Source of the DNA: an uncultured Actinomycetes bacterium
GTDB taxonomy: Bacteria; Actinomycetota; Thermoleophilia; Gaiellales; JAICJC01
Length of the DNA stretch: 64,000 nt
Assembly: GCA_963796875.1 (NCBI GenBank)
Contig: CAWCNL010000004.1
Span: forward strand, 203,397-267,396
Reading direction: 5' to 3'
Shown here: positions 57,336 through 64,000 of the stretch, piece by piece
Layout: the number at the start of each line of letters is the position of its first letter
Position numbering within the stretch: position 1 is the stretch's first letter
Translations under genes and position numbers: made by a program
The notes under the pieces: generated by a model
Database searches by the model: none
The model's input: only the letters and a program-made list of their open reading frames with translations
Told to the model about the DNA's origin: nothing

Positions 57336-57908
57336 ATGGACTCTGTTAATCCTGAGAGTGGCGAGGGTTCTGCGGTGGGTGTCGCGTACCAGGCGTCCCT
57401 GCGGTGGAGCTACTTGTGGCTCGGCGTGTCTCTTGCCGTCGGGTGTTTGATTATGGGTGTAGCGGTTGTGTGGGTTAGCTTGCAGTACAGGGCCCACGGC
57501 ACCAGTTGGGGGATTGCGGGTTTCGCGTTCCTCTCGACTGTGGTCGTCGGCGGGGCGACGGCGTTCGGCGCGAAGTCGGAGCTGCGAAGCGCAGTCATCG
57601 ACGCGAATGGCATCCACGGTGTGAACCTGTACGGACGAGATCGCAGCTTCTCGTGGGATGACGCGATCGGTGCGGTGGTTGTCCAAAACCTGATCGGTGG
57701 CGGCCCATCACTTCTGCACGCCACGGCGAGGAAACGCCTGGGAGTCGCTCCGCGATGTTCGTTTTCGTGGCGTGCAAGCCACGGGGTTCCCAGTGCTGTA
57801 GCGCGCATCATCGAGGAATGCGATCGGCGTGACCTTCCGGTGAGGAACCGGGAACTGCTCGCACCCGACAAGCCAAAGCCGTCCGCCGTCCACAACGCGG
57901 AAACGTAG
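57336..57908 (+). CDS. Membrane protein, hypothetical (two N-terminal TM helices plus soluble domain)
   Basis: 190 aa. SYLWLGVSLAVGCLIMGVAVVWVSL and WGIAGFAFLSTVVVGGATAF. Confidence 0.55.
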   Translation: MDSVNPESGEGSAVGVAYQASLRWSYLWLGVSLAVGCLIMGVAVVWVSLQYRAHGTSWGIAGFAFLSTVVVGGATAFGAKSELRSAVIDANGIHGVNLYGRDRSFSWDDAIGAVVVQNLIGGGPSLLHATARKRLGVAPRCSFSWRASHGVPSAVARIIEECDRRDLPVRNRELLAPDKPKPSAVHNAET

Positions 57909-57942
57909 CGCTGCCGATTCCGTCGACGGCCGCCGAACCTGG

Positions 57943-57994
57943 CAGCGTTGCGGCTGGTTCGGGAGCGGTGGCAGGCGATGGCCGAGCGTTGGCC
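57943..57994 (+). repeat. R49 repeat, near-consensus copy
   Basis: cagcgttgcggctggttcgggagcggtggcaggcgatggccgagcgttggcc. Confidence 0.95.
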
Positions 57995-58028
57995 GCGGTG
58001 TGACGGGTTGGCGGCCCTTGGTGCTGGT

Positions 58029-58427
58029 CTAGGCGACGACCGAGACCCAGCGTTTCGCGGTGCGAGCGGTGCAGCGTACGGTGTTGGTAGCGTGATCGAG
58101 CTTTGTCGGGCCAAGGCAGGCATACCAGGTGTAACCGCCTGGAGTGCCACTCCCGCGATACCGCCCGCACCACCTGTACCAGCCAGTCCCCTCAGCTTGG
58201 TATCGAGCGGTGACGGCGATGAACGCGCTAGGCCGCTTGGGGCTGCGGATTACGACTGCGATCTCGGGCCACGAATGATCTACGTGAACCGGCAAGAAGG
58301 TGCACCGCGGTGCACCGGTTCCGGTCAGCGAGATCTTGGTCGGAACCGCGGGCGACGTTGTGGCGGCGAGTGCGGCCGTCGCGACACTCACGAGCACTAC
58401 CGTCGCGATCGCAAGGCACTTCTTCAT
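58029..58427 (-). CDS. Small secreted Cys-containing protein (132 aa)
   Basis: MKKCLAIATVVLVSVATAALAATT signal peptide (internal ATG of ORF 58029..58457). Confidence 0.5.
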   Translation of the reverse strand: MKKCLAIATVVLVSVATAALAATTSPAVPTKISLTGTGAPRCTFLPVHVDHSWPEIAVVIRSPKRPSAFIAVTARYQAEGTGWYRWCGRYRGSGTPGGYTWYACLGPTKLDHATNTVRCTARTAKRWVSVVA

Positions 58428-58514
58428 CCTTGGGAGTCTCCTCGGGTGGCCGCCCAACAGGTCGGACGGGAGTTCTTGGAAGCGCCGGGAGTGTTGCAGA
58501 TCCCGAGATCCCGG

Positions 58515-60218
58515 CTACTCCTTGCGGATGTTGGTGAAGTAGGCCTTCGAGGTCGCCTGGAGCTCGGGGTTGAATCCCGTCCACCCGTGGAGATACGCGG
58601 CGAGCCACCGCTCGTTGACCAGGAAGATGTACGGCTTGTCGGTGTTGATGATCTCCTGCATGTGCCTGATGATCGCCGTGCGCTTCTGCTGGTCGACCGT
58701 GGTCCCTTGCTCGTCGAAGAGAGCGTCGTAGGTCGGGTTGGAGTAGCCGGTGTCGTTCCAGCCACCCCACTGCGACTTGGTCAGAATCGACAGGATGTAA
58801 TTGGGGTCGATGTAGCCGGCGTAGTACCACAAGCCGATGTCATAGTTCTTGTAGGTACCGTTGGGGCCCTGGAAGTAGGCGTACGCCTGTGATGTATCCC
58901 CAGGCGAGGTCTCGGTCACGTGTACGCCGATCTTCTGCCAGTTGGCGGCGATCTGCTGGAACGCGACGTCACCGTTGTAGTCGAGGTCGGTGGGGACGGC
59001 GATCGAGTAGCTCATGGCGTGGGCCGCCTGCGGATACTTGCCTCCGGTGGCCGGCACGACGCGGATGCCGTTCGCCCCCTTCTTGTAGCCGAGACTGTCC
59101 AGGATCCTGTTTGCCTTGGCAAGATCGAACGGCAGCGGCTGGACTGCCTGATTGACGAACGAGCCGGAGAGAGACGTGACGATGTTTGCCCACGGAATCG
59201 CGTGGCCGTCCCAGACGACGGCCACGAGCGACTTGCGGTCGATGGCGTACTCCAGCGCCGTCTTCACCTTGGAGCTGAGGAGTTCACGGTTCTTGGGCTT
59301 GGCAGGGTTGGAGTTGAAGAGCAGCGTGGGGATGTTCGCGCTTGGCCCCTCCCAACCGACCAGGTCGGAGTGGGACTTCACGAACGAGGCCGCCTGGAAC
59401 GGGATCTGATCGACCGCGTCGAGATTGCCGGCGCTGAGGTCTGCGAGCATCGACGTCGCGTTGGTGTAGTACGTGAGGGCGACCACCTTGACGTGAGACC
59501 GTGGACCGTAGAAGTACGGGTTGGCCCGGAACACCGTCGTGCCCTTCTCCGCGTACTTCGAGATGTAGTACGGCCCGCCGGCCACCACGGGCAGGTGTTG
59601 GTCTGGGAAGAACGACTTCAGCCCCGTGCCGTGTGCTCCCACGTAGTGTGACCAGATGTGTTTTGGCAGTACCCAGAAACCCACGAGCTCTGCCAACGCA
59701 TCGCCCACCGGGTGGTGGTAGCTGACCACCAGGGTCGTCGGGTTCGGTGCCTGGAACGATTTGACGCCGGCCAGGAACCCTGCGAGAAGGGCCGTCGGAC
59801 CGCGGCCGTAGCGCAGAATCAGCTGCCCCGTCCAGGCGGCGTCCGCAGCGGTGAGCGGAGTCCCGTCCGACCACTTGCTGCCGGCCCTGACGTGAAACGT
59901 CCATACCGTGCCGGCCTTGTTTGCCGACCAGGTCTTTGCCCAGTCGGCGACCACGTGGTCCTTGGCGTTGTACTGGATCAGCTGCGGGTAAAGCATGTTG
60001 TAGGCGTTGTAGGACTGCGTCTCGTATCCCACGAACGGGTTCAGCGAGTCGATGTAGTTGGTTGTGCCTAGGGTGAAGATCGCGGGGTTCGATCCGCTCC
60101 CTCCTGACGCACCGCCGCATCCGGCGAGCGCGAGCGTCAGCAGACAACCAACGAACGCTGCCAGGATTGCCGGCGTGCGACGCTGGGTTGTGATCGGCGT
60201 TCCTCTCATGTCATGCAC
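58515..60218 (-). CDS. ABC transporter substrate-binding protein, family 5 (peptide/nickel, DppA/OppA-like), orphan
   Basis: 567 aa, uninterrupted. Lipobox LTLALAGCGG. No permease or ATPase genes are adjacent. Confidence 0.9.
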   Translation of the reverse strand: MHDMRGTPITTQRRTPAILAAFVGCLLTLALAGCGGASGGSGSNPAIFTLGTTNYIDSLNPFVGYETQSYNAYNMLYPQLIQYNAKDHVVADWAKTWSANKAGTVWTFHVRAGSKWSDGTPLTAADAAWTGQLILRYGRGPTALLAGFLAGVKSFQAPNPTTLVVSYHHPVGDALAELVGFWVLPKHIWSHYVGAHGTGLKSFFPDQHLPVVAGGPYYISKYAEKGTTVFRANPYFYGPRSHVKVVALTYYTNATSMLADLSAGNLDAVDQIPFQAASFVKSHSDLVGWEGPSANIPTLLFNSNPAKPKNRELLSSKVKTALEYAIDRKSLVAVVWDGHAIPWANIVTSLSGSFVNQAVQPLPFDLAKANRILDSLGYKKGANGIRVVPATGGKYPQAAHAMSYSIAVPTDLDYNGDVAFQQIAANWQKIGVHVTETSPGDTSQAYAYFQGPNGTYKNYDIGLWYYAGYIDPNYILSILTKSQWGGWNDTGYSNPTYDALFDEQGTTVDQQKRTAIIRHMQEIINTDKPYIFLVNERWLAAYLHGWTGFNPELQATSKAYFTNIRKE

Positions 60219-60442
60219 CTGGCCTTCGAGATCAGTCGGATGTCCTCGCGCTGCTGGATGAGTTCATCGTACGCCCATGGGTACGCTGCGTGGATGCCAA
60301 ACGGACACGCAAGGGATTCGGTTCGTGGCGATCTCGCGGCAGGAGACGCGGTGTTCTCGCCCGCCGCCGATCAGCAGTACCGGACAGCGACAGTCGATCT
60401 GAGTCCCTAAAGGCGCGGTTTGCGCCGACCGATAGGCAGGCT

Positions 60443-60796
60443 ATGAAGAAGATGCTGGTCGTCGCGCTTGTGGTCGTCGTCGGACTCCTGGCCTACACGC
60501 GCCTTTCGGCCTCGGCATCGGAACACCGTCGGGCGATCGACACGGTGAAAACCGTGGCTGCCGGACCTGACCAGCTCGAAAACGTCAGCTGCACCGACTA
60601 TGGGAAGCGCCAGATCGATGTGATCGGAACCGCTTCGCTTTGGTCGTGCTCCTGGGTTAACGGCACCACCGGCGAGTTCAACCGCGGTTGTGTCGTTCTG
60701 AGCGGGAAGATCCCCGGCGTTAACGGTACCGGAACGATTATCAAGTCGTGCGAGCACCCCACACTCAACACGTCCGGCTCCGGTTCATCGTCCTAA
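60443..60796 (+). CDS. Small secreted protein (117 aa)
   Basis: MKKMLVVALVVVVGLLAYTRLSASA signal; Cys-containing body. Confidence 0.5.
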   Translation: MKKMLVVALVVVVGLLAYTRLSASASEHRRAIDTVKTVAAGPDQLENVSCTDYGKRQIDVIGTASLWSCSWVNGTTGEFNRGCVVLSGKIPGVNGTGTIIKSCEHPTLNTSGSGSSS

Positions 60797-60824
60797 CCAC
60801 GGCCGACGGTACCTAGCCACTCAG

Positions 60825-60869
60825 GTAGATCGCCTCGGTCGAGGTGGCAGGCGATGACCGAGCTTGCCG
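60825..60869 (+). repeat. R49 repeat, diverged copy
   Basis: ggtagatcgcctcggtcgaggtggcaggcgatgaccgagcttgccg. Confidence 0.6.
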
Positions 60870-60887
60870 AGGCATCGCATCGGGGCT

Positions 60888-61322
60888 ATGGTGAGCATTG
60901 TGATATCCGCCTCGATTTCGTCGGCCGGTGCATTGTATGTCGCTGATGCAGGGTCGACGATTGATGTGATGGTGGTAGTCATGGCTGTGGTTGGCGTGGT
61001 TCTGGCCGTTCTCGCCGTGATCCCGTGGCAGCCGTTGGGCAGGCTAGAGGCTCTGGTGGCTGCGGTTCTCGTCCTTGTGGCAAGCACGTTTGGTGTGCTA
61101 ATCCTGGGGTCTTCGGCGTCGATCTACGCCGACGGCTCGACACACTGGGACCACACGCCGCACGGCGCGGCGGTTCTCGGCGGAGTCTGTGCGGTCGTGG
61201 CCCTGGCGATCCTCCTGAGCGCACGCACCGCGCCTGTGCTGATGAGAGTCGGCCTGGCCGTCGGATCGTTAGGGACGATGCTGCTGACTGCGAGTCAGTT
61301 TGCCTACCACACCCCTGGCTGA
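60888..61322 (+). CDS. Membrane protein, hypothetical (about 4 TM)
   Basis: MVSIVISASISSAGALYV...VMVVVMAVVGVVLAVLAVIPW... (internal ATG of ORF 60864..61322). Confidence 0.55.
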   Translation: MVSIVISASISSAGALYVADAGSTIDVMVVVMAVVGVVLAVLAVIPWQPLGRLEALVAAVLVLVASTFGVLILGSSASIYADGSTHWDHTPHGAAVLGGVCAVVALAILLSARTAPVLMRVGLAVGSLGTMLLTASQFAYHTPG

Positions 61323-61381
61323 GCGTTGCCCGGCATTCCAGGCGGTTCGGGGGCGGTGGCAGGCGATGGCCGAGCTTGAGG
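61321..61381 (+). repeat. R49 repeat with a small 5' insertion
   Basis: gagcgttgcccggcattccaggcggttcgggggcggtggcaggcgatggccgagcttgagg. Confidence 0.85.
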
Positions 61382-61471
61382 GAGGGTCGTGAGTGGGGCC
61401 GGAGCGTGGGGCTCCCGCCGGTGAACCGCCACAGATATCGATACCCGCGATACCCGGCGTCCACGTCAAGA

Positions 61472-61518
61472 GCGATGCGCGGTGTCGGGTTCGGGGGTGG
61501 TGTCAGGCCGCAGTTACG
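61472..61518 (+). repeat. R49 repeat, diverged copy
   Basis: gcgatgcgcggtgtcgggttcgggggtggtgtcaggccgcagttacg. Confidence 0.6.
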
Positions 61519-61723
61519 AGCGCGCCTTCAGGCGGTCGGCTCCGTGGATGGCGAATCCCACGAGCAGCAGGCCCAGCGCGACCCACGTCAGCGCGAGATC
61601 CTGGCTGATCCAGGCGAGCAGCGACACTGCCAGTGCCAGGATCGCCAGCCCAAGTTCGACCTGGCGGAGTCGATTTCCGCGCAGGTACTCGGCACGGCCC
61701 TCTATCCAGTGGTTGGAGTCCAC
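61514..61723 (-). CDS. Small two-TM membrane protein (69 aa)
   Basis: ELGLAILALAVSLLAWISQDLALTWVALGLLLVGFAIHG. Confidence 0.5.
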   Translation of the reverse strand: MDSNHWIEGRAEYLRGNRLRQVELGLAILALAVSLLAWISQDLALTWVALGLLLVGFAIHGADRLKARS

Positions 61724-61882
61724 ATGCAGATGCTACCGCCTTGTCTAGGTACGCGTGAGATCCCCGTACTCCCCCAGGTTCGGTTTCCCGAGTGTTGCGG
61801 CCGCGTCGACGGCGGTTTGATCCCTCGGCGGGAACTACTTGGCCGATCTTTGTGTCCAACAGAGACTCACGAGGTTTCGGAG

Positions 61883-62467
61883 GTGGTGAAGCTGTCCGCA
61901 CATAAATCGGTCGTCTACGTGGTCGGTGCGTGTTTTGTGCTTCTGTTCGCATCGGGATGCAACTCCTGGGACTCTTCGGCTCCACCGCCTCCCAAGGTCG
62001 GATCCTCCACAGAGGCAACTCAGAGCAGCCCGACAGCGCCGGTGCAGCCCAATGCTGGCAGCCGACGAGGCACTCGCGTCATGATTCACTATTCGGTCGG
62101 GGACTGGAAACGCACGGCCGACGCCGTTCAGACCCCGTGTCCCAGCCACGCTGCGTGTCGGCCGGTGCGGATTCCTGGAGCATCGCCGGTGGCGTGGAAC
62201 CTCGGTGTCTGGCGGACGCTGTCGTGTAATCCGCCGCGAGGTGAATACGACGACCCTGGCAAAGCTTGCCGAGCGTTGCTCAACTTCAATCGGATCTTCC
62301 ACCACCGAACTGCGAGGCCATGCTACTGCCCAGCAGCGTTTGGGATTCCCGCCAGGGCCATCGGGAAGATCCGCGGGCGAGCGGTGAGCCTTCCGATCGA
62401 TGGATGCACCGCGTGTGGACTCGGCCAGCAGGCGGGGCGAGACTCCATCACGTTGACGCCCACCTAG
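61883..62467 (+). CDS. Lipoprotein with subtilisin-inhibitor (SSI)-like Cys pattern
   Basis: GTG 61883/61886: VVKLSAHKSVVYVVGACFVLLFASGC lipobox. LSCNPPRGEYDDPGKACRALL ... CYCPAAFGIPARAIGKIRGRAVSLPIDGCTAC resembles the SSI fold signature (from memory). Confidence 0.45.
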   Translation: MVKLSAHKSVVYVVGACFVLLFASGCNSWDSSAPPPPKVGSSTEATQSSPTAPVQPNAGSRRGTRVMIHYSVGDWKRTADAVQTPCPSHAACRPVRIPGASPVAWNLGVWRTLSCNPPRGEYDDPGKACRALLNFNRIFHHRTARPCYCPAAFGIPARAIGKIRGRAVSLPIDGCTACGLGQQAGRDSITLTPT

Positions 62468-62879
62468 GCTTCCAGCACCGCAGGTCGAGTGGTTCGATGG
62501 TCAACCCCGCCTCAGCGAGCACACGCGTTCGTGCGCGGGCGCGGCAAGGGCCTCGACGAGTACCGGCGAAAGCGGCTCGGGTTGGTTTGGAACCGCGAGA
62601 GATGCGGCCGTCGATGCGCAGAAGCGCAGCCGGGATCGCTGCGACCAGTGCCCGGCTGGTCGCCCTGTCGGAATCCGACGCCGAACCCCAAGAACTCGAA
62701 GAGCCGTTGGAGACTCGCACGAACGTTGGTACACGCCATGCAGGGCCGCGGCAACTCGCTCGCGGATGGGGTCCGGTTCGAGGGCTCTCCCGATGCGTCC
62801 GAGCAGGGACGGTCGGGCCGACGTCAGAGCGCCCCGCCGCACACGACCGTCACGCCGCGCCACCTCGTAGTATCGCCTG

Positions 62880-64000
62880 GTGGGGTATCTCGACACGCTC
62901 AGGAAGCTCGCCGCCAATCGCTCGCTGCGCCGCTGCGGGATCGGGTTTGCGTGCTATTCGGCCACCGAGTACGGCAGCTGGCTCGCGATCCTCGTCTACG
63001 CCTACGCGCAGGGCGGGGCGAGCACCAGCGGTCTGCTGGCATTCGCGATCCTGGTGCCGTGCATTCCGCTTGCGCCGGTGCTGGCCACGTTTGCCGACCG
63101 CTACCAGCCGGGCAAGGCGCTGGCGGCCGGATTCCTCGCCCAGGGCGTTGGACTGGGTGCTCTGGCAGCGGTGCTGGGTGCCGGCCTCGATCCGCTGGTC
63201 GTCTACATCGTTGCCGTGCTCAGCGGGCCGACGCTCAACCTGACCCGGCCCACGATCAACGTCGTACTCCCACTGGCGGTGCACACGCCCGACGAGCTGA
63301 CCGCGGGCAACGCCGCCATGGGCTGGATCGAGAGCGTCGGCGTGGTCGCCGGGCCGCTTTTGGCATCGCTGGTGTTCGTCGTCGGCGGCCCGGGCCTCGT
63401 GATCGGTGTGCTGGCGGCGTTGATGCTGGTGGCGGCCGTGATCGCGTGGCCGCTCGCGCGCGAGCTGCCACCGGCCGGTGACGCCCCGCCCGGATCGGCT
63501 CTGGCCGACACCTGGGAGGCGTTTCGCACGCTCATCGACCAACCGCAGACGGCGGGGCTCGTGAGTGTGGTCGCCTCACCATGCCTGTTCTCGGGCGCAC
63601 TCGACGTGCTGATGGTGCCGCTCGCGATCGGCGTGTTGGGGATCGGCGATTCGGGAGTGGGCCTGCTCAACGCCGCGTACGGAGCGGGTGGGCTGGTGGC
63701 GGTGGTCGTAACCCTGCGCCTGGTGGGCCGCAAGCGGTTTGCGCCGGCGTTGATCGCCGCGGCGCTCGGGATGGGCGCCGCGATTGCGCTGATCGTCCCC
63801 GTCGAGCGGCTGGCCACGGTGCTCCTGCTGCTGGCGGCCGCCAACGTCGCGGCGAACACCTTCGACGTCGCCGGGCGCACGCTGCTTCAGCGCACCGGAT
63901 CACCGCGCGTGCTGGGCCGGATCTTCGGCGTGCTCGAGGGCCTGCAGATGTTTGGACTGGCGGTGGGGTCGCTGCTGTTCGCGGTGTTCAACAGCCTGGG
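62880..64000 (+). CDS. MFS transporter, paralog of the cNMP-domain MFS at 42231..43883; partial, runs off the right edge
   Basis: Own translation from GTG 62880 (in-frame TAG at 62868): VGYLDTLRKLAANRSLRRCGIGFACYSATEYGSWLAILVYAYAQGG...FADRYQPGKALAAGF, colinear with ...IAYTAFVGAIMGVWVVLIVYAYGSGG...LADRYRPGRVLLWGY. Confidence 0.8.
   Translation, partial: MGYLDTLRKLAANRSLRRCGIGFACYSATEYGSWLAILVYAYAQGGASTSGLLAFAILVPCIPLAPVLATFADRYQPGKALAAGFLAQGVGLGALAAVLGAGLDPLVVYIVAVLSGPTLNLTRPTINVVLPLAVHTPDELTAGNAAMGWIESVGVVAGPLLASLVFVVGGPGLVIGVLAALMLVAAVIAWPLARELPPAGDAPPGSALADTWEAFRTLIDQPQTAGLVSVVASPCLFSGALDVLMVPLAIGVLGIGDSGVGLLNAAYGAGGLVAVVVTLRLVGRKRFAPALIAAALGMGAAIALIVPVERLATVLLLLAAANVAANTFDVAGRTLLQRTGSPRVLGRIFGVLEGLQMFGLAVGSLLFAVFNSL

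Noticed and set aside
47671-61518. Could the R49 repeats be integron attC sites?
   Set aside because: attC sites have inverted core sites (RYYYAAC ... GTTRRRY) and fold as imperfect hairpins. R49 has the same GCGTTG word at both ends in direct orientation and little self-complementarity. Gene orientation is mixed. No integron integrase is visible. The cassette analogy is kept only as a loose one.
62468-62879. Possible divergent regulator upstream of the 62880 MFS gene. Minus-strand fragments in three frames include ...SLLGRIGRALEPDPIRERVAAALHGV..., ...SLQRLFEFLGFGVGFRQGDQPG..., ...AALLRIDGRISRG....
   Set aside because: High third-position GC switches between frames, suggesting a decayed gene. 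I cannot assign a family or define start and stop, so it is not reported as a feature.
1-64000. tRNA, rRNA and tmRNA genes, prophage genes, transposases and integrases.
   Set aside because: Reading both strands, I found no cloverleaf-like GTTCGAATC-type T-arm contexts, rRNA-like stretches, or recombinase/transposase-like ORFs. Absence cannot be proven without tools, but nothing supports a call.

Overview
Very high-GC, Actinomycetota-like chromosomal window. TTG/GTG starts and 4-nt ATGA/GTGA gene overlaps are common. All calls come from reading the ORF track and my own translations; no searches were run.

It splits into three parts.

(1) 1-26.2 kb is mostly housekeeping or metabolic: SF2 helicase, IMPase, phosphatase, acyl-CoA dehydrogenase, amidohydrolase plus M20 amidase, RCC1-repeat protein, OsmC/AhpD pair, ArsB-like permease, Usp, SDR epimerase, ClC channel, ArsR-MMPL, GH5, GNAT. 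About 15-17 reading-frame breaks fall here, and the part ends in a patchwork of gene fragments (GMC tail, isochorismatase remnant, ABC ATPase tail, orphan nuoB).

(2) 26.2-36.8 kb is cleanly coding: an ABC-2 exporter with a divergent TetR, a second TetR with two MFS pumps, SRPBCC, RNase P RNA (rnpB) with terminator, a PotD-like SBP, and lexA with its SOS box plus a translationally coupled zinc-ribbon protein.

(3) 36.8-64 kb looks accessory.
- Three paralogous giant proteins have the architecture zinc ribbon, class III nucleotidyl cyclase, STAND/AAA ATPase, TPR. Two are intact (1121 and 1118 aa) and one is heavily decayed.
- The two intact copies bracket an MFS permease fused to a cyclic-nucleotide-binding domain. 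A second MFS paralog starts at the right edge.
- Around them lie many tiny lipoprotein, membrane or immunity-like ORFs.
- These ORFs are separated by at least 25 copies of a roughly 49-bp GC-rich interspersed/tandem repeat, consensus GCGTTGCGGCTGGTTCGGGGGCGGTGGCAGGCGATGGCCGAGCGTTGAC.
- A 1.8-kb segment next to lexA carries 19-bp terminal inverted repeats and a perfect 14-bp flanking direct repeat, as expected of a non-autonomous mobile element.

The most interesting candidate system is the cyclase-STAND sensors with the cNMP-gated transporter, together with the repeat-punctuated cassette-like array.
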